64,000 bases of DNA. Source: a virus. Location of the stretch: the IMG/VR virus record IMGVR_UViG_3300046804_003780, one strand, 5' to 3'. The notes below the pieces were generated by a model, which was given only the letters and a program-made list of their open reading frames with translations, made no database searches and was not told the DNA's origin. Position 1 is the stretch's first letter, and every line of letters starts with the position of its first letter. Shown here piece by piece: positions 25,610 through 35,369 of the stretch. The translations under genes were made by a program, and so were the position numbers.

Positions 25610-25651
25610 TTTTTTATTATTCTAATCTAATATTTAGACTAAAACAATCAT

Positions 25652-27850
25652 TTAGGGTCTTATACTATTAAATTTTGTCTGTAACCATTCCCAATCATAA
25701 GTAAATTTAAGTTTATCAAAGTCACCATTTACAGATTCATAATATTCGACTGCATGTTTGGCTCCTTTAATAGCATACTCTGCAAAGTCACCATAAGCAG
25801 TATTTAGCCAAATAGTTAATCTATCTTTGCTTATTTTGTCGTTTAGTGTTTCCACATTGTATTTTAACTTAATAACTTCTCTAAAAGCAGTTCTCCAAGT
25901 ATCCCACTCACTAGTATTAAATACCCCAATACCTGAATTTATGTCGATCACAGCATGGGGACTATCTAATGTAAAGTCCAGTCCTTTACCTGTAGTGTTT
26001 AAAGTTAATCTTTTATTATTTGCAACTATTGCCATATGTCCGTATTCCAATCCATTTACAGGATTAGTGGCCCGAAATATGTAATGTCGTGCTGTACACA
26101 TACGATCAGGTTGCCAGCTAAAATCAAAATTAGGATTTACTCTGCATTTTCCGTTTATTAGAAAATACCACGGTGTTGATGCCATTTTTGCTGCTTCATG
26201 TTGACTAGCAACACGACCTTTAATATCTTTAAGTCCAATTATATTATTAGGTAAACCTTTAGCTAATGTTAAGAGATGTTCATAATTTTCTTCTGCCCCC
26301 TTTTCACCGTTACTCAAAAAAATTATGTCTAGCGGTTTGTTTTTATATCCTGCTGTGTGATATTTTATGTAAGGATAATCTTGTAATTTGTCATAAAGAT
26401 AAGGTATAGCTTCTTTGGGCACAATTGCATGAGTATTATCAATAATATGAATATTCGAATTAGAGTCTAGCTTAGGCATAAATTCTACATGATTTAATTC
26501 TCCTAATCCTAATTGAATGTAATCTGTTTCTGTTTTTGAATTTACAAGGGCATCAAATAAGCTATCCTCAACAGGAACTTCATCAAGCATCAATTTAACA
26601 ATATCTACATCCATAAATTTATAATTGGTTGCACCTTTTACTTTATAGTGTACTGTAGGCATATCTTTGCTAGAAGACCATTGATTTCCAAATACGTAAA
26701 TGTATGGTGGGTCGAAAGGATTAGGAACCCAACTATAATCAATAATTAATTTTGGTTTTAAAAGTCGCCATGCTCTGTTTTCTTTATCAGGTAATAATTT
26801 TGCCTTAATGTTATTAATATATTTTTTTTCTGTTGCTCCTTTTACTTTGTAAATTAGAGTGGGCATTACCTCAGCATCATACCACTGATTACCAAATACA
26901 TAGATATAGGGAGGTTCTGTTTCATCAGGATGCCAGCTATAGTCAAACTCAATATTATTTTTTAAAGGTCTAAAACATCTATTTTGCGGGTCCTGTAGTC
27001 TAGTAACTTTTTGAAAATTAACAAACTTTGTTCCTAACGGATTACCTTTTACAAACTTCGGTCCTCCTGTCTTTTGCCATTGAGTACCAAATTCATACTC
27101 CATTGGTGGTTCATGTGGATTAGGGCACCAACTATAATCAAAATTACTATCATCAATATTTTTTGGAATAATCCAGTTTTCTTTGGATGGTAGTAATGTT
27201 GCTTTTATAATATTCACATATTTTTTTTCTGTTGCCCCTTTTACTCTATATTGAAATGTAGGCATTACCTCAGCATCATACCACTGATTACCAAACACGT
27301 GAATATACGGAGGGTCATATGGATTAGGTCTCCAACTTTTATCAATATTATCAATAGAAGCATTGAATATTAATTGTTTCCAACATTTATCATCTAGATT
27401 AGGTAACAGTGTTGCTTTATAATTATTTACATATTTTTTTTCTGTGGCTCCTTTGACCCTATATTGAAATGTAGGCATTTCTTCAGCACCATACCATTGA
27501 TTACCAAATATGTAAATGTAGGGAGGTTCTGTTTCATCCGGATGCCAACTGAAATCTATAGATGCGTCGGGCACTAAAGGTCTCCAACCTCTATCATTTT
27601 CATTTGATAATTTTATTGCGTTTTGAAAACTATGATATTTTATTCCTTCATTTTCAGGTACTATAAAACGAGGTCCTCCCGTTTTTTGCCATTGTGTACC
27701 AAACTGATGAATATATGGTCTTTCGTAAACGAATGGACGCCACGTAAAATCGAACGTACTTGTATCTAAATTATCAGGTATTTCCCAATAACCTAATTCA
27801 TTAAGCTGTTTTCTTCTTTCTAAATCATTTAAGTCAGTAATTTGTAACAT
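25652..27850 (-). CDS. Six-repeat protein with a C-terminal glycosyltransferase-like domain
   Basis: Six ~68-aa W-x-P...FG(T/N)QW repeats; C-terminal DIIFLSNGE, NPVNGLEYG and WRTAFRE shared with 29268..30209. Confidence 0.8.
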   Translation of the reverse strand: MLQITDLNDLERRKQLNELGYWEIPDNLDTSTFDFTWRPFVYERPYIHQFGTQWQKTGGPRFIVPENEGIKYHSFQNAIKLSNENDRGWRPLVPDASIDFSWHPDETEPPYIYIFGNQWYGAEEMPTFQYRVKGATEKKYVNNYKATLLPNLDDKCWKQLIFNASIDNIDKSWRPNPYDPPYIHVFGNQWYDAEVMPTFQYRVKGATEKKYVNIIKATLLPSKENWIIPKNIDDSNFDYSWCPNPHEPPMEYEFGTQWQKTGGPKFVKGNPLGTKFVNFQKVTRLQDPQNRCFRPLKNNIEFDYSWHPDETEPPYIYVFGNQWYDAEVMPTLIYKVKGATEKKYINNIKAKLLPDKENRAWRLLKPKLIIDYSWVPNPFDPPYIYVFGNQWSSSKDMPTVHYKVKGATNYKFMDVDIVKLMLDEVPVEDSLFDALVNSKTETDYIQLGLGELNHVEFMPKLDSNSNIHIIDNTHAIVPKEAIPYLYDKLQDYPYIKYHTAGYKNKPLDIIFLSNGEKGAEENYEHLLTLAKGLPNNIIGLKDIKGRVASQHEAAKMASTPWYFLINGKCRVNPNFDFSWQPDRMCTARHYIFRATNPVNGLEYGHMAIVANNKRLTLNTTGKGLDFTLDSPHAVIDINSGIGVFNTSEWDTWRTAFREVIKLKYNVETLNDKISKDRLTIWLNTAYGDFAEYAIKGAKHAVEYYESVNGDFDKLKFTYDWEWLQTKFNSIRP
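26862..27295. repeat. Exact 35-bp direct repeat (26862-26896 and 27261-27295) within the protein repeats
   Basis: ggcattacctcagcatcataccactgattaccaaa occurs twice, 399 bp apart. Confidence 0.9.
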
Positions 27851-29266
27851 TTACTTTATATTTTTCCAGTCATTATATAATTCAATAAATTCGGGAAATA
27901 TTTGTAAAAAATTAGTTCCGCGTCTTTTATCATGCTCATCTACAAACTTTATAAAGTCCTGTCTATTGATGCTTAAATTAGGATTTGGATTGTCAAGCTC
28001 GTGATTTACGATTGTTAAGACTCTTTTTAATTTATCAATTTCATGGTCATAGAATCCCATATAGGCCTGAGAAGGAATTCGTAAACCTATCTCTTTGTGG
28101 TCTTCCATAAACTTTACCTGTTCTTCAATAAAATGTACATAATTTTTTGGTATTATAAATGCTGGTTGATGAGCAGGGAATCTTAAATAGGGTATATCAA
28201 TAGAAAGTACCATTTTACGATTAGCAACTGATATTTCTCTATACTTTTGTCTTATATCTAACACATCTTGTAAAAATGTTTTGAATGATGGTACACTTAA
28301 AATATTGTAGGTGCTAGTTACTGATAAAACTACATTGGGTACTTCAGTAATAAGCCTTTCAATATTTTTAATCCAATCATTGTAATTTAAACCAAAGCGT
28401 GTATATTCTGCTTGTTTACCATGTGCCTCTGCACTTGTAAAAATACGCAGTTTCGATACACATTTATTTTCATCTATTATCTTTAATTTTTCAATAAGTT
28501 TATCAAACAATTCTTTTGGAGGATTTAAATTAGAGTTAATACTGAAACATAATTTAGGATTAGGATTTTCAATGATATAATCTAAAACTTTAAATGTATC
28601 TTTACTTAATATAGGTTCTCCGCCTGTTATTCTAAACTCTAAAAGTTCTTTATACATCTTAGGCCACCAGTCCCAAAACGCATCCATGTATGGATTATGC
28701 TGATTGTTTGGTATTGGTATTTGATTCTTTGTTTTAATCCATTCTAAACTGTTAAAATTTGAAGTAGTTGGATAAGGACCATGTCTTTCAATTTCTTCCA
28801 TCCATTGACTACTTATGTGAGGCATACAATAACTACACTTAAAATTACATACACTACTAAAACTCACCTCAACATAACTTGGATTAACATCATCGTCCCA
28901 AGGTTTGTCACTAATATCTTTAATAAAAGGATAACCCCACATAGGATCTGCGCTTTTATAAATTCTGTCACTATATTGGTTTCCTGCATCCTCTGCTCTC
29001 CAACAATAATCACATTCAGTTGGTCTTATTCCAACTAACATTTGTTTTCTTAATTCTTTTTTGAATTTAGTATTGTGTAGGGCTGAAGGATTTACTGCAA
29101 TTTCTTCTAATGGAACTAGGTGAGTTCCTGGGTGATGACAACTATGAGTGTGTCCATTATGTAAATGCATCGTAACTTGTTTCCACTTAGCAACACAAAA
29201 ACTAGGACTCACTGCGTTAATTTCCTCAGCAGCCTTTGCTAAATGTTTTTGATAATTATCATTCAT
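27851..29266 (-). CDS. Radical SAM protein with N-terminal twitch/SPASM-like domain
   Basis: CNFKCSYC (CxxxCxxC), TGGEP; N-terminal CVAKW...SCHH...CDYCW. Confidence 0.9.
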   Translation of the reverse strand: MNDNYQKHLAKAAEEINAVSPSFCVAKWKQVTMHLHNGHTHSCHHPGTHLVPLEEIAVNPSALHNTKFKKELRKQMLVGIRPTECDYCWRAEDAGNQYSDRIYKSADPMWGYPFIKDISDKPWDDDVNPSYVEVSFSSVCNFKCSYCMPHISSQWMEEIERHGPYPTTSNFNSLEWIKTKNQIPIPNNQHNPYMDAFWDWWPKMYKELLEFRITGGEPILSKDTFKVLDYIIENPNPKLCFSINSNLNPPKELFDKLIEKLKIIDENKCVSKLRIFTSAEAHGKQAEYTRFGLNYNDWIKNIERLITEVPNVVLSVTSTYNILSVPSFKTFLQDVLDIRQKYREISVANRKMVLSIDIPYLRFPAHQPAFIIPKNYVHFIEEQVKFMEDHKEIGLRIPSQAYMGFYDHEIDKLKRVLTIVNHELDNPNPNLSINRQDFIKFVDEHDKRRGTNFLQIFPEFIELYNDWKNIK

Positions 29267-29267
29267 T

Positions 29268-30209
29268 CTACCAACCTTCTAATTTTCTTATTACGTCCAT
29301 TTCTTTAACCAATGGCCCTAAATTATGTCTACTTGTGTTGTAGTGTCGTTTAAAAAATTTACTTTGTTCAGGTATGAACACAGATATTGGCAAACCAAGT
29401 TTACGTGTTAAACTTTCTGACATTTCATTTAAGAATTTATCATTATATTTGTTGGCCATAAAATCCTCGTATATTTCAGGATAATTGTCAAACCAATGCA
29501 CATTATTATGATCCCAATTAGTGAGCATAGTCATGTAAGTGCCATACCGCGACCCGTATATAGCATATTCACCATTTTCAACATCTGTGCCTATATTATG
29601 CCATATTGTAAGATTGTCTAAATTTCTTGTGGCTACACTTTGTTTAAATTTGTCTATACTAGGTTTAATCCCGTTTACCAAACACATTTTTACACCTTCT
29701 CGAAATCCAGCACGCCAAGCTTGAAAAGGTGTATAGTTAGGATATGTTGTACTATAACAGTCATGCATACTCCAATAAGAGCCATTTAAATAATCTAAGC
29801 AAAAATCTACTGTTGATATTGCATTTCCATCACTTGCTTCATGAGTACGCATGTTAAAAACATAATCTTTTGTCCAACAACTTATACCACCATTACCGTA
29901 TGTTAATCCATTGATTATATTTTTTGCTTTCCATCTATATTGTGCTTTTTGGTAACTCTCATCTTTATCAGTAAAATTAAGTGTAAGATTAAAAAAATTA
30001 AAGTCAGGTAGATTGTCACCATCTATCAATATAAAACGTTCAGTAAAACTTTCTTCTGCTGCAGCTTTATGAGCAGCATCACTTCCTTTAACTCCGTCAA
30101 CTCTACGTGCCCAAGGCACCATATTTTTAATTTTAACCCAAAATTCTTCTTTTTGCGGTTCATCATAACTAAGATAAATGCAGTCTAAATCTGCAATTTC
30201 AACGTTCAT
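29268..30209 (-). CDS. Glycosyltransferase-like protein (GT-A)
   Basis: YLSYDEP, GVKGSDAAH, IDGD (DxD), NGLTYGNGG, AWRAGFREG. Confidence 0.7.
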   Translation of the reverse strand: MNVEIADLDCIYLSYDEPQKEEFWVKIKNMVPWARRVDGVKGSDAAHKAAAEESFTERFILIDGDNLPDFNFFNLTLNFTDKDESYQKAQYRWKAKNIINGLTYGNGGISCWTKDYVFNMRTHEASDGNAISTVDFCLDYLNGSYWSMHDCYSTTYPNYTPFQAWRAGFREGVKMCLVNGIKPSIDKFKQSVATRNLDNLTIWHNIGTDVENGEYAIYGSRYGTYMTMLTNWDHNNVHWFDNYPEIYEDFMANKYNDKFLNEMSESLTRKLGLPISVFIPEQSKFFKRHYNTSRHNLGPLVKEMDVIRKLEGW

Positions 30210-30486
30210 GTATTTTTAAACTCCATTTTTTTGATTTGCTTCCATCATATACTATACTAATATCACTATTATAGCAACTAATTCCTGTAACAGAAGGCAT
30301 TAACTTTGCAATTAATTTTTTGTCATATAAGGGTACTATTTTTTTATCTACAATTTTAATGTCAAATCTTGATTCAAAATAAGTTTGTGAATCAATGACA
30401 ATAAAATTACCCTCAGGTTTATCGCAGGTATAAAATAATACGCTACCAGTTTCACTATAATAAAGTCTAAATTCAGGTAAGTTCAT
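30199..30486 (-). CDS. Hypothetical protein
   Basis: ORF in a coupled operon. Confidence 0.7.
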   Translation of the reverse strand: MNLPEFRLYYSETGSVLFYTCDKPEGNFIVIDSQTYFESRFDIKIVDKKIVPLYDKKLIAKLMPSVTGISCYNSDISIVYDGSKSKKWSLKIHER

Positions 30487-31273
30487 TCGATATTTTACAC
30501 GAAAAGTTTTTAATATGATAATGAAATGGATATAATTGTGGGTATGTGTTTACTCGTAAACACTTTGGATTTATTTCATAAATTAATTCATTTGTCCAAT
30601 CGTCGGACATTAACTCGTTTATATATTGTTTCATATGAATCATACTAAAGGATCTAAAGTTTGGTAATGTCGTGTTTTCTATCCCGTGAATTAAACATGC
30701 TATTGCATAAACCCAATCCGTAGTTGCTTCTTGATTTGGATCGCACTTTAACAAAGGTTTATAAAGTTCCCAATTTTCAAAGCAATGCCTAACCGTTTTA
30801 AAAAACTTTTCAGAAAAATTTGATTTGTTAAAATATGTTATTGCATTGTAGACATTAGGCAAATTATTATTGACTATAAAATTTCTATAAAATAAATTTT
30901 CTGATACATTATTTCTAAAATCTCTTATAGTTGAACAAACAACCACATCTTTTTGTGTTAGTATTTCCCACCAAAACTCAATATTAGTAGGCATGTACAT
31001 ATCTGCCTCTAGTTTAATAGTGTGATCATATGGGCTTGCTTCATATACTTGCCAGTCGTTTATTAGCTTCCAATCTGATTCTTTTGCTAAATCACCGTGT
31101 GGCAAAGCAACCGTATAATCAAAATATTTGCTGTTGTCTACGTCATCAGTAACTAAAGTTACACTAGCATTAGGCATTACATTTTTAATGCTATTAGCTA
31201 AGATTTCTGCACAATATATATAATCAACATTTTTAGTATTCTGTGCTATTACTACAAAACCTTTATTCATCAA
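30473..31273 (-). CDS. GT8-like nucleotide-diphospho-sugar transferase
   Basis: SPYDHTIKLEADM, HMK and HYH motifs. Confidence 0.65.
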   Translation of the reverse strand: MMNKGFVVIAQNTKNVDYIYCAEILANSIKNVMPNASVTLVTDDVDNSKYFDYTVALPHGDLAKESDWKLINDWQVYEASPYDHTIKLEADMYMPTNIEFWWEILTQKDVVVCSTIRDFRNNVSENLFYRNFIVNNNLPNVYNAITYFNKSNFSEKFFKTVRHCFENWELYKPLLKCDPNQEATTDWVYAIACLIHGIENTTLPNFRSFSMIHMKQYINELMSDDWTNELIYEINPKCLRVNTYPQLYPFHYHIKNFSCKISNELT

Positions 31274-32024
31274 AAATCTCTAAAAAATTGTCTTTATTAA
31301 GCATGTGAAAATCTGTATCTTTTACAATAATATATTTGGACTTTTCTTGTTTTAAAACTATTTTATATTCAGTGTTAGAAATTTTTTGAACATAAGTATT
31401 CTCACCAATATGTAATAAATTCCAAGGTATAAAATTATTTTTATTTTCTAAATGTCCGTTTAGTATACGATTAGCAATAGCAAACGCATGATCATTTCTA
31501 AATGTTTCAGACCACATGCCATGTAAATCAATATAATGTTGATAATTATCTTGAACCATTTTTACACAATCAAATAACAATTTGATTCTGTCACTTTTTT
31601 TAAAAAATAGAACCGTTGCCCATAATGTATTAAAACTAGCCTGACCTAATTTTTCCTGTGAGACATCAGGATACATTAGGTACTTACAGGAGTTATGTAT
31701 ACAGTAATCTTCATAAAAATCAAAAACTTTTAATAATTTGTTAGAATTAATTACATAGTCAACATCTAAGATTATGGTTTCATCATACGGAGTGAGCGAA
31801 TAAGCATTATACCTACCTTTGTTGTACCATACCTTTTCTTTTTTTGTATTTGATTTGTCACGCTCCAAATAAATTATATTATCAAAATTATAATTTGTTT
31901 GAGAATCAGTTATTAGTGTACAAGGCAAGTTTAAAAAGTGATTCACTTTTTTAGCCGTAAAATGAGCCATTTTAATATAATCGACTTCATCAGTATTAAA
32001 CGCAAATAAAAGAACGCCCTTCAT
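31263..32024 (-). CDS. GT8-like nucleotide-diphospho-sugar transferase
   Basis: TPYDETIILDVDY (DxD), FRND, HMLNK; resembles the neighbouring gene. Confidence 0.7.
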   Translation of the reverse strand: MKGVLLFAFNTDEVDYIKMAHFTAKKVNHFLNLPCTLITDSQTNYNFDNIIYLERDKSNTKKEKVWYNKGRYNAYSLTPYDETIILDVDYVINSNKLLKVFDFYEDYCIHNSCKYLMYPDVSQEKLGQASFNTLWATVLFFKKSDRIKLLFDCVKMVQDNYQHYIDLHGMWSETFRNDHAFAIANRILNGHLENKNNFIPWNLLHIGENTYVQKISNTEYKIVLKQEKSKYIIVKDTDFHMLNKDNFLEIFDE

Positions 32025-32326
32025 CTTTTATTTTGTAGAGAGGACCATTCTTCATACCATTCTATCATAACAGAATGATAAATTTGATACGCTGTTAAAC
32101 TGAGTTGATCTTTGCTAACCTTAATTGGATTATCATACAAATCTAAAATAACAGTTTCATTTAAGATGGATGTTGAAAGAAAACTTAAAAATTCAGGTGT
32201 GGCTTGCCATAATCCACCTTGATCTGCAAAAATAAGTTTTGCTGTATATTTTTCTTTTAAATAATGTTTAGCCAAATTGTGATCAAATTTGGCTTTAGAT
32301 TCGGTTATCAAATTGTCTATATTCAT
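32021..32326 (-). CDS. Hypothetical protein
   Basis: ORF; TAAATA 5 nt before ATG. Confidence 0.75.
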   Translation of the reverse strand: MNIDNLITESKAKFDHNLAKHYLKEKYTAKLIFADQGGLWQATPEFLSFLSTSILNETVILDLYDNPIKVSKDQLSLTAYQIYHSVMIEWYEEWSSLQNKR

Positions 32327-32363
32327 TAAATTATTTAGAATATAGACAACTTAACCAAAAAAT

Positions 32364-33362
32364 TTAACTTCCCTGAACTGTGCTTGTTATGTTAACTGTA
32401 CCCCAAGTAGGAGTTAAATATGATGAGCTTGGATTCCTTACAACACAAGTGGTTGTAGAGTTTGGACCTGTTCTGCCTAAGTTAGTATTGCCCCCGTTTG
32501 GTACTGAATCCCAAGTTGTTGTGATAGTAATTATACTACCCACATCCCCATTTGTTCCTTGTGTACCATTAGTTCTTACTGCAACATTTATAAAACTAGA
32601 AAGATATCCACTTGGTCCTACTGTAGCAGCCATTCTAAAAATAGTTGCGTCAGTACTTGTAAATGAATAGTAACCATTATTGGAAGCTATTGTAGTTGGG
32701 GTACCGCTTCCACCGGTTCTTGTTACACCGTTAAATACTGTACCAGCAATTGTTTGAGTCCCGCTGTTAACTGCACTAATTGTGATTGTCCCACATGCAG
32801 CAGCTAATGTGTTCCATAAATTATTCATATTCGTGCCAGCAGGATGTGAGAAACTTAATGCAATTTGTCCTCCTGCATTAAAAAAATATCTTGCACTATC
32901 TCCTGATGAAAAAGTAATAGCATGAGTAAACGTTAGTGCATTATTCCAATCTGTTGGATATGATCGACTATCTGTTGAGCTAGAACCTTGTGCTGCTGCG
33001 TTATTACGATTTGTAAAAATTGTATTTAAATTATTAGCAAAAATAGAGGTCGCTGGCAAACTTGCAGTCATGTAGGCACTAATAAGTTGACCATCAGATG
33101 TTGTAGAAATAGGTGTTATAGTACTACCTTGATGTGATGCTGCATTTTGAATATTATTAATTAATAGATTCCATTGTTCATTCGTAATTTGAAACAGTGC
33201 ATTATTAGCCTGAACTTGTGGTACTTGAGTTTGACCTAATCCTGATCTTCCATTTCCTGTTCCAATAACAGCATTTAACGTATTTGCAACCGTACTAGGA
33301 CTGGCACCTACGTAAGAATTATAATCTGCGGCATCAATTTTACCATATTGTTGATATGTCAT
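32364..33362 (-). CDS. Virion structural protein (tail-associated)
   Basis: Thr/Gly/Asn-rich; RYFFNAGG motif; lies in the tail module. Confidence 0.7.
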   Translation of the reverse strand: MTYQQYGKIDAADYNSYVGASPSTVANTLNAVIGTGNGRSGLGQTQVPQVQANNALFQITNEQWNLLINNIQNAASHQGSTITPISTTSDGQLISAYMTASLPATSIFANNLNTIFTNRNNAAAQGSSSTDSRSYPTDWNNALTFTHAITFSSGDSARYFFNAGGQIALSFSHPAGTNMNNLWNTLAAACGTITISAVNSGTQTIAGTVFNGVTRTGGSGTPTTIASNNGYYSFTSTDATIFRMAATVGPSGYLSSFINVAVRTNGTQGTNGDVGSIITITTTWDSVPNGGNTNLGRTGPNSTTTCVVRNPSSSYLTPTWGTVNITSTVQGS

Positions 33363-33371
33363 ATATAATCC

Positions 33372-34565
33372 TTATTTTATTACTACGATTGCTGTTACTT
33401 CTCCTACGCCTTCAGTTGTTTTCGTTGTTAAACTTCTACCAATTACATTGAATGATCCGGCTTCTCCTTCTTTTGCTGCTCTTGCAAAACCTTTACCTGC
33501 GCTTACAAGACGATCACCTTTTTTCACTTTACCTCTCACCTTAACTGGCACACGACCACTGATAGCAACTGCAGGGTGTGTATTATCATCGCCTGCGGCA
33601 CTATTCATCATATACGCTGCACTAGTACTAATAACACCAAACACATTATTGCTTAATTCGTCTACAACTGCTGTAATTTCGGCAACGCCACCTAATTCAA
33701 CCACTGTACCTGCATCATAAGGTTGATCAGATTCGAATCTTTCTGCTAAGTCAGCATATGTAGCTTGTAATCTTGCGCTAGGACTTAATTGCCAAATACC
33801 AGTTATGTTTCCGCCGCCGGCTAATTCTGTAGTTGTAACTTTGTTAGGAGCTATATTACCAGTAAACTGAGTAACTGCATTTGCTCCTGTCAAATAATCA
33901 AATACATTACCATTATTGTAAGTACCAGCTGGGTTAAATGTTGCTCCATTCGCATACATATACCTGTCACACTTTATACCAAATGCATTAGAAGTCCATG
34001 CAATATTACCATTTTGCATGGTCCAATTACCTTGTGCCGACCATGCACCAACAATTGTACCAACTGTTGTGCCACTACCTGTAGTAATTGATGTTGTATT
34101 TGCTGATCCTATTAGTGCCGCAGTTAAGTTAGCGTTTGTTGCTGTTATATTACCTGTTATATTTGCTGTAACTACTGAAACTGAATTACCTATAAATGCA
34201 CCATTAGATGAAAAATTATTTGCAATTATATTTCCTGTCGCATTTACGTTTGACAGAGTAGCATTTCCTGCAGCAGTAGTTGAAGTTAATGTGATCCAGT
34301 TACTAGCAACTAAAGTTCCGTCAGCTGGGCATACACATAAGACATTTGTATTAGTGTTAAACCATAATTGACCTCGTAAAGGATTCGGAGGAGGTGAACT
34401 TGCGGCATAACTTTCTAATTGTCTGACAAAATTTGTGTCTAAAACTTGACCATAATTAGATTTGTTCCTTCCTGGAAGTCCTAATGAGGTGCTTTGTGTG
34501 TTGATAGTACCGTCTTGTATAGTTGTTAAAACAGTACCGTCGCTTCGTATAATTGTATATGCCAT
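33372..34565 (-). CDS. Tail fibre/baseplate protein with C-terminal peptidase G2-like chaperone domain
   Basis: YGQVLDTNF..LE and PPNPLRGQLWF N-terminus; YADLAE...GRVPVKV...KGDRLVS C-terminus. Confidence 0.75.
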   Translation of the reverse strand: MAYTIIRSDGTVLTTIQDGTINTQSTSLGLPGRNKSNYGQVLDTNFVRQLESYAASSPPPNPLRGQLWFNTNTNVLCVCPADGTLVASNWITLTSTTAAGNATLSNVNATGNIIANNFSSNGAFIGNSVSVVTANITGNITATNANLTAALIGSANTTSITTGSGTTVGTIVGAWSAQGNWTMQNGNIAWTSNAFGIKCDRYMYANGATFNPAGTYNNGNVFDYLTGANAVTQFTGNIAPNKVTTTELAGGGNITGIWQLSPSARLQATYADLAERFESDQPYDAGTVVELGGVAEITAVVDELSNNVFGVISTSAAYMMNSAAGDDNTHPAVAISGRVPVKVRGKVKKGDRLVSAGKGFARAAKEGEAGSFNVIGRSLTTKTTEGVGEVTAIVVIK

Positions 34566-34602
34566 GTGTTTTTACTCCAATTTTTTAACTTTAGTATTTA
34601 TC

Positions 34603-35223
34603 TTAGATGGAAACAAGGTTTGTTAAACTTTGTATTCGCACCGTATAGTCTATTTGAATCTGTCTATTAAGACTTTTTTGTACCGGGTGAAATATCACAT
34701 GGGTCAAAAGTCTCGTTGTTTCATTTCCAGCAGGGTCTGTACCATAATCTGCTAAAAGTCCAATTTCGTCAAACGTGTATGTTGATTCTAATTGTGTGCT
34801 ATTGTCAAACGCTGACTGACCAGAAGGCTCACCGTAGTCAAGTAAGCATTGAACTACTATATCGCTATACACTTTTCCAATTATATGAGAAACAACCATT
34901 TTATTTCTAGCTGGGTCTGTATTTAATACACTTGTGTCATCAACGATTTTCTCATAGGTTTGGTTATATAATGCTGCGTTTTGTCCTGTAGTATTTGGGG
35001 GTAGATATGTAATAATCCCTGTACTATCAATACTTGCCCCTCCGTTACCAAAAGCCATTTTAAATATGCCACCGTACCCTCTGCTACTAAGTGTATCCGC
35101 AATAGATTCTGACATATTCTCATAATGGATTGCATTCTTTTTGTCTACTAAAATTTCTCCTGTGTTAGGGTCAGAAATTTTGACAAATCCCTCTATTTTT
35201 AATTGATAATTTATTGTAGACAT
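34603..35223 (-). CDS. Baseplate-associated structural protein
   Basis: KNAIHYEN, LDYGEP, FDEIGL, THVIFHPVQKSLNR; TGATG coupling. Confidence 0.7.
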   Translation of the reverse strand: MSTINYQLKIEGFVKISDPNTGEILVDKKNAIHYENMSESIADTLSSRGYGGIFKMAFGNGGASIDSTGIITYLPPNTTGQNAALYNQTYEKIVDDTSVLNTDPARNKMVVSHIIGKVYSDIVVQCLLDYGEPSGQSAFDNSTQLESTYTFDEIGLLADYGTDPAGNETTRLLTHVIFHPVQKSLNRQIQIDYTVRIQSLTNLVSI

Positions 35224-35369
35224 CAATCATCACCTCTTTTTTGAACAAGTATTTCTGACGTTTTTGGATCAAAAATCTTTATTGCCGAGCTTAAAATAAA
35301 TCCAGCGTTCTCGTCAGGGTTTGGTTCTGATTTCTCTTTGGTTGTTTCTATTTGATCTTTTTCAGTCAT
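35223..35369 (-). CDS. 48-aa protein (MTEKDQ...IKIFDPKTSEILVQKRGDD)
   Basis: Read by hand; TAAATA 6 nt before ATG; stop overlaps the next ATG. Confidence 0.75.
   Translation of the reverse strand: MTEKDQIETTKEKSEPNPDENAGFILSSAIKIFDPKTSEILVQKRGDD

Noticed and set aside
26600-27800. CRISPR-like array suggested by the 35-bp repeat
   Set aside because: Only two exact copies, 399 bp apart and in frame within a coding repeat; no cas genes
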